DNA of 64,000 bases from Candidatus Bathyarchaeota archaeon (lineage in GTDB: Archaea > Thermoproteota > Bathyarchaeia > Bathyarchaeales > Bathycorpusculaceae): NCBI GenBank assembly GCA_963770935.1, contig CAVYRJ010000004.1:1-64000 (forward strand), read 5' to 3'. Below the pieces are notes generated by a model. That model was given only the letters and a program-made list of their open reading frames with translations. It was not told where the DNA came from and did not search any database. A program made the position numbers and the translations under genes. Positions 20,634-30,552 of this stretch are shown here, one piece after another. Each line of letters begins with the position of its first letter. Position 1 is the stretch's first letter.

Positions 20634-21110
20634 ATGAGTAAAACCCCCTTCAAGACTGAACTCATAGCGCCCTGCGGTATGAACTGCGGAATATGCAAAG
20701 CATATCTTGCCTATTCGCGAGGTGTGCCCTACAAGAAAGGCGAAGTATCACATTGCACAGGTTGCTTAGTACGCAACAAGAACTGTGCGTTCATCAAGCG
20801 CGATTGCCCCAAAAAAGTAGGTAAACAACTAAGGTTCTGCTATGAATGCACAGACATGCCCTGCAAAGAACTAGTAAAAATAGACGAGCTATACAGAGCA
20901 CGTTACGGCATGAGTATGATTGAAAATCAGAAAATGATCCGCGAAAAAGGCATGGATGAATTCCTTAAAAGTCAAGCTGAAAAATACCGCTGTCCAAGTT
21001 GCGGTGACGTGGTTTCTGTGCATGATGGGAAATGTTATGCATGCGGCTTTCAAGGAGAAAAGCCGAAACGCTCCAATCCTAAGCGGCGGTGGGTACCCAA
21101 CCAAAAATAG
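20634..21110 (+). CDS. DUF3795 Cys-rich protein with C-terminal zinc ribbon
   Basis: IAPCGMNCGIC, C.GC, FCYEC.DMPC, RARYGMSMIEN, CPSCG...CYACG. Confidence 0.8.
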   Translation: MSKTPFKTELIAPCGMNCGICKAYLAYSRGVPYKKGEVSHCTGCLVRNKNCAFIKRDCPKKVGKQLRFCYECTDMPCKELVKIDELYRARYGMSMIENQKMIREKGMDEFLKSQAEKYRCPSCGDVVSVHDGKCYACGFQGEKPKRSNPKRRWVPNQK

Positions 21111-21550
21111 CTCCTACTCTGTAACTTTTCCCCCATCTATTTAGGAACAATATACATTGTTGGAACCACGCGATGTCTCGAGCAAACCTGTCCCGCTTTA
21201 TTTGTAAGAGCTCAAAATTTTTTGAAGAGTTAGAGTTGTTACAAGGTTATCGTTTTTTTGGTCTTGGGTGGATTGTGTGTGATTGTTGCAACTATTCGCA
21301 GAGGCAGTTGCAACAACATCAGCAACAACAACTTCTCTTCATTGCGGTGATTTGGGCTGGTTTTTGTTTGTTGTTTAGTTTGTAGTGTATAGGGTCTCTG
21401 GAGAGGCTCTTGCGGAAATGCTTGGAGATTGTTTTAGATGTGGATTTAGTTCTCTAAGTATTCAAGCTTTTAATCTACTGTTGAAGCAAATATCGTTGAC
21501 AAAATGAGTGAAGGAGTTGGACTTAGTGTCAACTAACTTAGCAACTAAAC

Positions 21551-22463
21551 TCAAGAACCTATCAACTTGAGGAAAATGGCTTTTGCTGAATAAAGCCTGT
21601 TTTCGGCTTGCTCATAAATCACCGACTTTGGGGCTCTGAATGGCTTCTGCGCTGATTTCGTAGCCGCGGTGGATGGGCATGTCATGCATGATGTACGCGT
21701 TGCTGCCCTGTAGCAGTTGGCCGTTGATTTGGTAGGGCATCATGAGCTTGATGCGTTTCTCTTTTTCCTGCGGCAAACTTGGGGTCAGTGAAAAACTCCA
21801 TATCAATCCAGGTGTCGGTGTAAACAAAATCTGCATCTGCAACCGCTTTCTTTACATCTAAAGTTGATTGCCAAAGCCCAGTTTTCTTCGCTTCAGAGAG
21901 TAAATCGTCGTCTCTTGCCGCTTCATTAATAATTGGCGTAACTGTGGTGAGTTTGACTCCTGTTTTGGTGCAGCCTTCAATAAGGAGTTGGTTACGTTGT
22001 TGTGGACGCCGATGTAAACTAGTTTTGCGCCTTTGAGTTTGCCATGTTTTTCTTTAATGGTGATTAGGTCTGCTAAGGCTTGGCTTGGATGATACTTCTC
22101 ATCGCAACCGTTGATGATTGGAACACGTGAAGCTTTCGCCATTTTCAGTAAATCCGAATCGCACAGCAGTCGCGCCATGATGCAATCGACGTTGCGCGAC
22201 AAATACTGTATCTCATCGGTTATGTCGGCTAAGGCAAAGTTTGTTGTTCGCCAATCAATGTACAATGCATGACCGCCTAACTGTGTCATGGCGACTTCAA
22301 ATGAAATCCTTGTGCGCGTTGATGTTTTCTGGAAAATTAAAGCCGCCGACTTACCCTCAAAGGTTTTGAGGTACTTTTTAGGGTTACTTTTGACTTCAAT
22401 GCCTAAATCAACTAGGCTGGACAACTCTTGACCTGAGAGTTCTTTGAAATTTATCAGATGCAT
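21551..22463 (-). CDS. argF: Ornithine carbamoyltransferase (multiple frameshifts)
   Basis: FQKTSTRTRISFE, HPSQALAD, MHDMPIHRGYEI, C-terminal IYEQAENRL. Confidence 0.9.
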
Positions 22464-22562
22464 CTTTCTAGGCCTTCAATAAACGCAAAACCAAGCATGC
22501 AATTATAAGCTTTATGCAAAACCTTTTTCCACTACAAGCATAAACCAATTAAAAGAACAAGT

Positions 22563-23387
22563 ATGATTCTGCTGGTTGCCTCAAACAAGGATGCCGCAAG
22601 CCTAAACATAAAAGAACAAATCCTCAGTCACTACCCTTTCCGCAAAATGGCTAAAGAATTCCAGCATTGCCCTGTCTACACCGCAGGCATAAGCGGCAAA
22701 ACATTGAATCTTGTCACTTTGAAAGATGAGTTAGTAAAAGCCCAAGATTTGCCAAAAAAGTTTCCAACAGCAAAATTAATCGTTTTCATCTCAAGACACA
22801 GCAGCCAAAGCGGAAAACCCACCCTTTCTGTTCATGTGCCTGGAAACTTTGGCGACGCGGAACTCGGCGGATTACCCCGCAAACTTTCGTTTTCACCTGC
22901 TTATGCAATGCAGAATGCCCTAAAAGCGTTAACGTACTACAAAGAAAAGTTAAACCTCAAGTACGAGGTATCGTTCGAGTGTACACATCATGGACCCAGC
23001 TTAGATGTTCCCTCTATGTTTGTTGAGTTAGGAAGTTCGCCAGAGCAATGGAACGATTTGAAGGCTGCAGAAGCCGTCGCACACTCCGCAATCTACGCAG
23101 TTGCCAACTTCATAGCACCCACAAGCCCTGTAGTTCTCGGTATTGGCGGACCTCACTACAACCAAAGGTTCACAGTCATGGCTTTAGTTGGCGAATTTGC
23201 TTTCGGTCACATAATTCCCAAGTACGCTACCCACTTAGTTGATGATGAGATGTTGTCTCAGTGTGTTGAGAAGAATTTGGAGAAGGTGCAACTTGCTATT
23301 CTTGATTGGAAAGGAATTAAAGGCGAAGACAAACCAAACTTGCTGTCTACGCTGGAAACTATGGGGTTACCGTTCAAGAAAGTGTAA
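22563..23387 (+). CDS. dtdA: D-aminoacyl-tRNA deacylase (archaeal DTD2/GEK1 type)
   Basis: FISRHSS..GKPTLSVH.PGN, ECTHHGPS, FVELGS, GIGGPHY, GHIIPKY, DWKG. Confidence 0.93.
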   Translation: MILLVASNKDAASLNIKEQILSHYPFRKMAKEFQHCPVYTAGISGKTLNLVTLKDELVKAQDLPKKFPTAKLIVFISRHSSQSGKPTLSVHVPGNFGDAELGGLPRKLSFSPAYAMQNALKALTYYKEKLNLKYEVSFECTHHGPSLDVPSMFVELGSSPEQWNDLKAAEAVAHSAIYAVANFIAPTSPVVLGIGGPHYNQRFTVMALVGEFAFGHIIPKYATHLVDDEMLSQCVEKNLEKVQLAILDWKGIKGEDKPNLLSTLETMGLPFKKV

Positions 23388-23497
23388 GTATGCATTTTTA
23401 AAGCAACATTTAAAAGGTTTGATACAGTAGTTTTTAAACTAAAAAGTTACAGTAACGTTTATTATATAATAGTGAAATCTTGAGTGTGCGGTAAAAT

Positions 23498-23692
23498 ATG
23501 GGCGTAAAAGATTGGTTACAACAGGCAGCAAGAACCTTAAAGCTAGCTGTAAAACCAGGGCGTGAAGAGCTTTGGCTCTCGATAAAAATTAGCCTTCTAG
23601 GTATTGGTGCAGTCGGCTTAATAGGGTTCGTAATTAAACTCTTATCTTACGCAACAGGCGGCGCAACTTCAGGCGCAGGCGCAACAGCATAA
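23498..23692 (+). CDS. secE: Protein translocase SecE/Sec61-gamma
   Basis: RTLKLAVKP.REE...KISLLG...VGLIGF; upstream of spt5. Confidence 0.92.
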   Translation: MGVKDWLQQAARTLKLAVKPGREELWLSIKISLLGIGAVGLIGFVIKLLSYATGGATSGAGATA

Positions 23693-23705
23693 GGAAGCTT
23701 GAATT

Positions 23706-24176
23706 ATGGACAAGCAAGAAGAGTTTAATCAAGTAAAAATTTTCGTTGTTAAAACAACAACCGGTCAAGAACGCAACGTAGCGCGTTTGATCGCGTCAAA
23801 AGTGGAGATGGCTCATATTCCAATAAAGGCTCTTCTTGTACCAGACACACTCAAAGGTTACGTTTTCATTGAAGCAGATGGACCACACCTAGTGGAAGAA
23901 GCAATCACAGGAGTAAGACACGTACGCTCCAGAATCCCGGGGCTCGTAAGCTTTGCTGAAATAGAACGGTACATAGTGCGTAAACCAGTCATGGAAGACC
24001 TCAACGAAGACGACGTCGTCGAAATCACCGGCGGACCCTTCAAAGGCATGCGCGCTAAAATCACAAGACTCGACAAGTCAAAAGGCGAAGTCACACTTGA
24101 ATTATTGGAGGCAACGTTCACTTTGCCTATCACAGTACATTCAGACTATGTAAAACTAGTTGAAAAAGCAAAATAA
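23706..24176 (+). CDS. spt5: Transcription elongation factor Spt5 (NusG)
   Basis: KTTTGQERNV, LKGYVFIEA, KOW GGPFKG. Confidence 0.97.
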   Translation: MDKQEEFNQVKIFVVKTTTGQERNVARLIASKVEMAHIPIKALLVPDTLKGYVFIEADGPHLVEEAITGVRHVRSRIPGLVSFAEIERYIVRKPVMEDLNEDDVVEITGGPFKGMRAKITRLDKSKGEVTLELLEATFTLPITVHSDYVKLVEKAK

Positions 24177-24188
24177 ACGTGAGACAAA

Positions 24189-24680
24189 ATGGCAGATAAA
24201 AAAGTTGTAGAATTAATTGTCAGCGGCGGACAAGCCAATGCAGGTCCACCATTAGGTCCAGCTCTTGGTCCACTAGGCGTCAACATAGTGGCTATTGTCA
24301 ATAAAATCAACGAAATCACAAAAGAATATGCTGGTATGAAAGTTCCAGTAAAAATCAGCGTTGACACAGAAGAAAAAACCTTCGAGGTTACCGTCGGTAC
24401 CCCCACGGCATCCGCACTTATAGTGGCTGAACTCAAAGTAGAGAAAGGCTCAGGTACACCCAACACCGTCAAAATTGGTGACTTATCCATGGAACAGATG
24501 GTGAAGATAGCAAAAATTAAAGGTCCTCAACTTTTAGCCCCAACTCTCAAGAAGGCAACTAAAGAGTTGCTCGGCACTTGCGTGAGCCTAGGTGTTACCG
24601 TGGAAGGAAAAGACCCCCGAGAAGTCCAGAAAGATGTCGATGCTGGCAATTACGAACAACTATTCGGTACTGAACAATGA
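24189..24680 (+). CDS. rpl11: 50S ribosomal protein uL11
   Basis: GGQANAGPPLGPALGPLGVN, GMKVPVK, GTCVSLGV. Confidence 0.97.
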   Translation: MADKKVVELIVSGGQANAGPPLGPALGPLGVNIVAIVNKINEITKEYAGMKVPVKISVDTEEKTFEVTVGTPTASALIVAELKVEKGSGTPNTVKIGDLSMEQMVKIAKIKGPQLLAPTLKKATKELLGTCVSLGVTVEGKDPREVQKDVDAGNYEQLFGTEQ

Positions 24681-24735
24681 TAAGCGAATATTTTTATAAT
24701 GGGTTTCCAATCCCTCATTGGCACGAGGCTTAAAA

Positions 24736-25389
24736 ATGCCCCTAGACAACAAGACCATAACCGAAGCAATTAAACAGGCAAAGGCAAAGTCTGGACAGAA
24801 AAAATTCAACCAGACTGTAGATTTGATTCTCGACATCGTCGAGATCGATATGAAGGCGCCAGAAGGCAAAATTCAAGAAATTGTAGAACTTCCTCATATA
24901 ACGGGTAAACCCAACAAAATCTGTGTTGTTGCTTCCAGCGGAGACTTCATCGTAAAAGCAAAGAATTCTCAAGCTGACAAAGTAATCGAACGCGCCGACT
25001 TAGACGCACTCAGCGGCAAAAAGAAAGAATTACGCAAACTCGCTACTGAGTACGATGTATTCATCTGCGAAGCCCCCCTAATGCCGCTTGTAGGCAAAAC
25101 GCTCGGTCCAGTTTTAGGTCCAAGAGGAAAAATGCCTATTCCAGTTCCACCAAACGCAGACATCGCAGCCCTAATTAAAAAGCATCGCAAAACCGTCGTT
25201 GTGAGAATGCGTAGCCAACCAATTATTCAAGTTTCTGTCGGCTCCGAACAGATGAAAGATGAAGAACTAGTCGAAAACACCATGACTGTTCTCCGAGTGT
25301 TGGATGGAAAATTGAAGCGCGGGTTGAAAAACGTAAAGTACGCGTTCATCAAAACATCCATGGGTGAACCAGTCAAAATTAAAGCTTAA
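24736..25389 (+). CDS. rpl1: 50S ribosomal protein uL1
   Basis: KFNQTVDL, LGPVLGPRGKMP, IKTSMG. Confidence 0.97.
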   Translation: MPLDNKTITEAIKQAKAKSGQKKFNQTVDLILDIVEIDMKAPEGKIQEIVELPHITGKPNKICVVASSGDFIVKAKNSQADKVIERADLDALSGKKKELRKLATEYDVFICEAPLMPLVGKTLGPVLGPRGKMPIPVPPNADIAALIKKHRKTVVVRMRSQPIIQVSVGSEQMKDEELVENTMTVLRVLDGKLKRGLKNVKYAFIKTSMGEPVKIKA

Positions 25390-25404
25390 ACGAGAAGAAA
25401 AATT

Positions 25405-26271
25405 ATGCCGTCCCAACAAGTATTAGAAGCAAAATCAAGCGAAGTAGAATCGATAAAAGACATACTCAAAGAGTACAAATCCATCGGCATCGCCAGTCTC
25501 AAGAAAGTTCGCGCTTCCCAGCTTCAAGAACTAAAGAAAAGCATGACTGGCAAAGTATACCTCCGCGTCTTAAAGAATACTCTTATCAAAATCGCATTAG
25601 AAGAGATGAATCAGGCAGAACTCAAGAAGCTTGAAGCATACTTGGACGGATCAAACGTTTTCTTATTCACAGACCTTAACCCATTCAAACTGGCATTATT
25701 GCTGGAACACGGCAAAGTTAAAACAACCGCTAAATCAGGCGACATAGCCGCGATGGATGTGGTTATTCCAGCAGGAAACACAGGTCAACCTCCAGGTCCA
25801 GTAATCAGCCAACTAAACGCAGTCGGCTTGCCAACAAGAATAGAATCAGGCAGCGTCTATATTAGCAAAGACACATTAGTTGTGCGAAGAGGCGAAATCA
25901 TAAACGAACGCCTCGCAGGCGTCCTCTCAAAATTAGGCATTAAAGCAGTTGAACTCGGTATATCTATGCGGGCAGTCTTCGACAATGGCTTAATCATTAC
26001 TGGGGACCAACTCAAAGTTGATGTTGACGCGACACGCAAGAGTGTTCAAGCAAGCAACGGGGAAGCCTTCGCATTGGCACTTGAAATTGGCTATGCAAGC
26101 AAAGACACTATTAAACCACTACTCCAGCGAGCTCACCAGAAAGCCGTCGCACTATCCGTAAGCGCAACCATACCCACAAAAGACACTATCGCCGACATAA
26201 TCCGCAAAGCCAACGCAGAAATGACCAGCCTAAGCGGCGCTGCTGATAAAGTTAAGCCCAAAGCTGCCTAA
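25405..26271 (+). CDS. rpl10: 50S ribosomal protein uL10 (P0)
   Basis: LRVLKNTL, FTDLNPF, PAGNTGQPPGP, LSKLGIK. Confidence 0.96.
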   Translation: MPSQQVLEAKSSEVESIKDILKEYKSIGIASLKKVRASQLQELKKSMTGKVYLRVLKNTLIKIALEEMNQAELKKLEAYLDGSNVFLFTDLNPFKLALLLEHGKVKTTAKSGDIAAMDVVIPAGNTGQPPGPVISQLNAVGLPTRIESGSVYISKDTLVVRRGEIINERLAGVLSKLGIKAVELGISMRAVFDNGLIITGDQLKVDVDATRKSVQASNGEAFALALEIGYASKDTIKPLLQRAHQKAVALSVSATIPTKDTIADIIRKANAEMTSLSGAADKVKPKAA

Positions 26272-26385
26272 ACAACTTCTTTTTATTATTTTTTTAAAAA
26301 GAATTATTCGCTTTTAATGTCAGTTGTTAGTCGATGTGTTTTAGATATTTCAATTAACTGTTGAAATGAAGATAATTCTGATTGT

Positions 26386-26841
26386 TTATTGGTTTAATCT
26401 TTGTCTGTAGCTGTCATAGTCTGGCAGGATACGCTGGTATTCTTGGCACATCATTGGGGAAGAGATCAGAAAGTCGGCTGAAGAGCGGTTACATGCTATT
26501 GGAATGTTCCAAACAGCCGCTATTCTCAGAAGCGCTTTAACATCTGGATCATGGGGAAGTTGGGTTAATGGATCCCAGAAGAAAACGAGAAAGTCAATTT
26601 CGCCATTGGCTATGCATGCGCCGATTTGCAGGTCGCCGCCCAAAGGTCCTGACTCCAAGACTGTAATTTCTAAGCCCAATTCCTTCTCAAGAAGTCTACC
26701 AGTTGTTCCAGTTGCGAAGAGTTGATGCAGCTTTAGGGTTTCGATGTTGAATTTTGCCCATTGTAGCATATCTTCTTTTTTGTTATCGTGTGCGATGAGA
26801 GCGATTTTCTTTTTGCTTTTGATAAGTGCTATTTTTGTCAT
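26386..26841 (-). CDS. mgsA: Methylglyoxal synthase
   Basis: [33 protein letters not shown]...[18 protein letters not shown]. Confidence 0.97.
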   Translation of the reverse strand: MTKIALIKSKKKIALIAHDNKKEDMLQWAKFNIETLKLHQLFATGTTGRLLEKELGLEITVLESGPLGGDLQIGACIANGEIDFLVFFWDPLTQLPHDPDVKALLRIAAVWNIPIACNRSSADFLISSPMMCQEYQRILPDYDSYRQRLNQ

Positions 26842-27330
26842 ATTGTGTTCCCTGTTTAGAAGTTTGGGGTGGTGGCTATAATTGTTGCGCTGTGGAACAG
26901 CTGCCTTGAGGTTGGGTTTTTGGGAATGGAGGTTGTATAAGTTAATTTTTGATAAGCGAACTGTAAGCTAAATCGATATTATGAAGGGATTAGCCGTAAG
27001 GCTTTCTGGTTGATACAGGTTTAATCTGGTTTTTCAAAAGTTGCGCTCATTCTTGGTGGTGACGCATGTCTGGTTCTTACAGCTTGGCAGTTGTTGCCTG
27101 TTGTATCAAACATGCAACAACATTATTTTATATCTCTTGCAAAACTACAGTATTTGGTAAGGAGATCGCTCGAAAATAGTTAAGCAGGTCAAGCTGCTGA
27201 CAAAAGGTGAGGTTCTTTCTATTTGTCTTTCCTCCTCTTCCTGTGTCATGGTCTGGCAAGACCTGCTTAACCCCATTTAACCATAGTTTCGCATCGGGCT
27301 GAAAGAATTTTTTCTTACAAGAAGGAAATG

Positions 27331-27810
27331 TTAGGTTAGTCTCTTTGTCATAACATATGCATCTTCGCCATCAGAGTAGTAGCCATTAACCGTTCGGGTT
27401 ATCTCAAAGCCCAGTTTCTTATAGAGTGAGATGCCACCTTCGTTTGTTACACGCACTTCAAGAAAACCTTGCTTTGCCTTGTAGTACCCCATACCTTCCA
27501 GCGCCCGTTTGATTAATGCTGAAGCTATTCCTTTTCGCCTGCCCAGAGGCAACACTGCGATAGAAACTACGTGTCCCTTACGTATTAAGCCGCCAAAACC
27601 ATAATTTGACAATCCTACTTCGATGCGTGACATGATGTACCCCATGACTTTTCCGTTTTCTTCTGCTACAATGAAGGTTTCCGGGAACCTTTGATGCAAA
27701 TCTACAAAGAAGAAGTCCGTATAGTTTTCTGGGAGGCAGACACGGTTGATTTGCATTACGCTCTGCAAGTCGTCGGGAACAAATTTTCGCAACGTAAAGG
27801 TTTGTTGCAT
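27331..27810 (-). CDS. Ard1/RimI-type N-acetyltransferase
   Basis: CLPENY, GYIMSRIE, GHVVSIAV...RRKGIA, LEVRVTN, YYSDGEDAY.M. Confidence 0.93.
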   Translation of the reverse strand: MQQTFTLRKFVPDDLQSVMQINRVCLPENYTDFFFVDLHQRFPETFIVAEENGKVMGYIMSRIEVGLSNYGFGGLIRKGHVVSIAVLPLGRRKGIASALIKRALEGMGYYKAKQGFLEVRVTNEGGISLYKKLGFEITRTVNGYYSDGEDAYVMTKRLT

Positions 27811-27908
27811 CGTTTCGCCTTGCCTAAACCAAATTTCAATGTTGAAACTTAAAGGTTACGCTTAAAGAATCAACCGATTGCTTTGCTGCTGACTTGGGCA
27901 GAAGTTTT

Positions 27909-29192
27909 TTAGGTTTTTGTTTCTTCCGGCGATTTAAACACAGGCAGAGTGTAGCTTCCCTGCGGCATCGCCCAAACTCTAGATGCTGAACCCGCAATTT
28001 TAAGCGCTTCTGCCAAAGCGTCGTTGACTGCACGTGCGGTTTTTAGTTTAAAGATGCTTGTTGCGTAGTAGTCGGGCATGGATGAGACCAATATTATTTG
28101 GTGGTTTTGCAGCGCTTTTAGGAGATAGTATGCTTTATGCCCGCCCATAACAAAGTTGCGTTTAACTTCGCGTTCAACGTTCTTGAGGTCGCCCAGACGT
28201 GTCATCCAATCGTAGAACACTTGGTTTCCGTGTCCCTCGGGGCATTCAGCGACTAGAATTATGACTCCGCCGCGTTTAACTGCGTCCAAGGCGTTGTCTA
28301 AGCCTTTGTAGGCTTGGTAGAGATTCATGTCTGCTGGGTGCCCACCAGCGCTTACTACGATGATGTCTGCTCGGCGATCTATGGTTACACGATACATTTC
28401 ATCGACCAGTTTCACTGCTTCCAAAAATGCCTGCTCCAAGTCGCCCGCGAAGGCTTTAACGATTTCGCCCTTTTTGTTCTCAACAACATTAACAATAAAA
28501 TCCACCTTGGCCAGCTTAGCAGCCTCAGTCATATCCACATGCACGGGGTTATCCTCTAAAATTCCTGTTCTCGCACTGGCGTGCAGCAGTAAGGCGTGGT
28601 TTTGCTTGATGGTTTCTTCACCACACACAGCAGGCAAAATGCTTTTTCTTCCCCCACCATAACCAGCATAATAGTGATAGCCAACATCGCCGAGGAGCAC
28701 TTTAAAGTCCGCTTCAGCGAAAGCGCGGTTAAGGTGCACTTTGTTGCCATGTGTCTTTGTCGTGCCTACGTAAACTGAATCTGTTGCGGTGCAGCAATGG
28801 CTGATTGTTTTCACTCTTTTTAGGGCTTCCTCACCGAGCAGTGCCGCAACTTCTTCCGGCTGAACTGCCCTGTGGGTTCCACAACCGAAAATGACTGTGA
28901 CGTTCTCATCTTTTACGCCCGCTGCATTGAGTTCGGCTAGCACTGGCAAAAGCATAGCTTCACTTGGAGCTTTCCGCGTAGCATCGTCCACTACGATGGC
29001 GACTTTGCTCTCAGGCTTAACAATCTCAGACAGGCGTTTGCTGCCGATGGGTTCATTTAGGGCACGTTGAACCTCAAGCTTAGCATCCACCGCTCCTGGT
29101 CGGTCTTTGGGTTCAATTGTGCCAAGCAAATTTCGGGCTGGAACTCGCACACATACGTCCGTTTTTCCATAGGGAAGCCAAACATCAACCAT
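27909..29192 (-). CDS. larA: Nickel-pincer-dependent lactate racemase family (LarA)
   Basis: DDATR, GTHR, HYYAGYGGGRKSILP, NLYQAYK, ECPEG.G, F.MGGHKA. Confidence 0.9.
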   Translation of the reverse strand: MVDVWLPYGKTDVCVRVPARNLLGTIEPKDRPGAVDAKLEVQRALNEPIGSKRLSEIVKPESKVAIVVDDATRKAPSEAMLLPVLAELNAAGVKDENVTVIFGCGTHRAVQPEEVAALLGEEALKRVKTISHCCTATDSVYVGTTKTHGNKVHLNRAFAEADFKVLLGDVGYHYYAGYGGGRKSILPAVCGEETIKQNHALLLHASARTGILEDNPVHVDMTEAAKLAKVDFIVNVVENKKGEIVKAFAGDLEQAFLEAVKLVDEMYRVTIDRRADIIVVSAGGHPADMNLYQAYKGLDNALDAVKRGGVIILVAECPEGHGNQVFYDWMTRLGDLKNVEREVKRNFVMGGHKAYYLLKALQNHQIILVSSMPDYYATSIFKLKTARAVNDALAEALKIAGSASRVWAMPQGSYTLPVFKSPEETKT

Positions 29193-29478
29193 GACAGGTC
29201 ACGTAATTTAGAATGTACTCGACGTAAGAAACTATTAAGCCTTATCAAACTGTGGAGGATTTTTTGAACACTGGTGGGAGTTTCTGCGTTTAGGTAGTGG
29301 ATAGGGGGAAGTATAATGCTAAGTGACCAACCAAAAATTCTCCATAAAATAATTGGTCTTTAGCAAGGTAGAGAAGATAGATGCATGTTAGCTAAAAGGT
29401 AAAGAATCATAAATTCAAATTCCAGTAGCACAAAAAAAGATTGAGAGTTAGGAAGAAATTACGTAGTTTGAAAGAATT

Positions 29479-29871
29479 TTAAACGTATTTTTTGTCGTTG
29501 TAGCAGTACCAGCGTTGGTATTGGGGAATCCATGTTAGTGGTCTTCCACAGGTTGGGCACATAGGTTGTGTTGACTGCGACGTTGCTTGCTGTGCTGGTT
29601 GAGCTGCGGCTTGAGCAGGTTGCTGATATGTAGCTTGCTGATAGGTGCTTTGCGGAACGGGTTTTAGGATTATAAAGTCTGCGGCGGCTTGCACGTCTTC
29701 CCATGCGACAGTTTGGATTTCACCGTTTTCATTTTCAATGGTTAAGGCTATTCCACTTTTTCCAACGGAGAAAGCAAGATCCTTAACTTTTCCGACAAGT
29801 TGACCTTTCGCATTTATAACTTGCATGGAGACTAATGCGTCTCTAGTTAGGGGCTTATCAGTTTTTTCCAT
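29479..29871 (-). CDS. PRC-barrel protein with Gln-rich linker and C-terminal zinc-finger-like motif
   Basis: LVSMQVINAKGQLVGKVKDL...W..VQAAADFIILK; CPTCGRPLTWIPQYQRWYCYND. Confidence 0.8.
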   Translation of the reverse strand: MEKTDKPLTRDALVSMQVINAKGQLVGKVKDLAFSVGKSGIALTIENENGEIQTVAWEDVQAAADFIILKPVPQSTYQQATYQQPAQAAAQPAQQATSQSTQPMCPTCGRPLTWIPQYQRWYCYNDKKYV

Positions 29872-29946
29872 AATGGCTCACTCTGCTTTTGAATTAGCCT
29901 TTCTGGCTTAAAGTTTTTTCGTTTCCACACATAAACCGCCAACCTA

Positions 29947-30471
29947 CTACAGTGGGATTTCCCAGTAACTGATTATGTCGCCTTTAACCCATTTGCCCCC
30001 TAAACTCCGAACAACCTCATTGATGTCTTCCCATTCAGCCTTCAAAAACATCACAGGTTTAACCACAACCCGGTCTTCCTTGACTGTGAAGCTAAGCAGT
30101 TTGCGCTGTTCAGGACTAAACTCATTCTCCATTTTTGACGCCATACGACTTGGCTGCGGCTGTGGCAATTTTGCAATCATGGATTTAGGCTCAGACACAG
30201 ACATGTTTTGAGGTTTTATTGGCTCAATTGGTTTAGGTTTACTTTTGAATTCGGTAGACTTTGTCAGCTGAAACTCTGGGAATGGCATGGCTTCGGCAAC
30301 ATCCTCAAAACTGTCACTCCTAATGACCATAGAAACCTGTTTGGAAAATAAGTCCATTTTTATGTCCAGAATTTCAGCATCGCCAGGCAGATTGGAAGAG
30401 AAAGTGGATGCTTTGCCCTGCAGCAATCCAACAAGGGATTCAGGAGTTAATTTTAGGATTCTGACTTTCAA
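29947..30471 (-). CDS. Hypothetical two-domain protein
   Basis: Intact 174-aa ORF; Pro/Lys linker; C-terminal domain ending LGGKWV...WEIP. Confidence 0.65.
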   Translation of the reverse strand: MKVRILKLTPESLVGLLQGKASTFSSNLPGDAEILDIKMDLFSKQVSMVIRSDSFEDVAEAMPFPEFQLTKSTEFKSKPKPIEPIKPQNMSVSEPKSMIAKLPQPQPSRMASKMENEFSPEQRKLLSFTVKEDRVVVKPVMFLKAEWEDINEVVRSLGGKWVKGDIISYWEIPL

Positions 30472-30552
30472 GTTAAACAGCTCAAGGTTGGTTTAGAGAC
30501 TAGAACTTAAAAATATTTTCTATCCTGAAGAAAAATAAGGTTTAAAAGAAAT

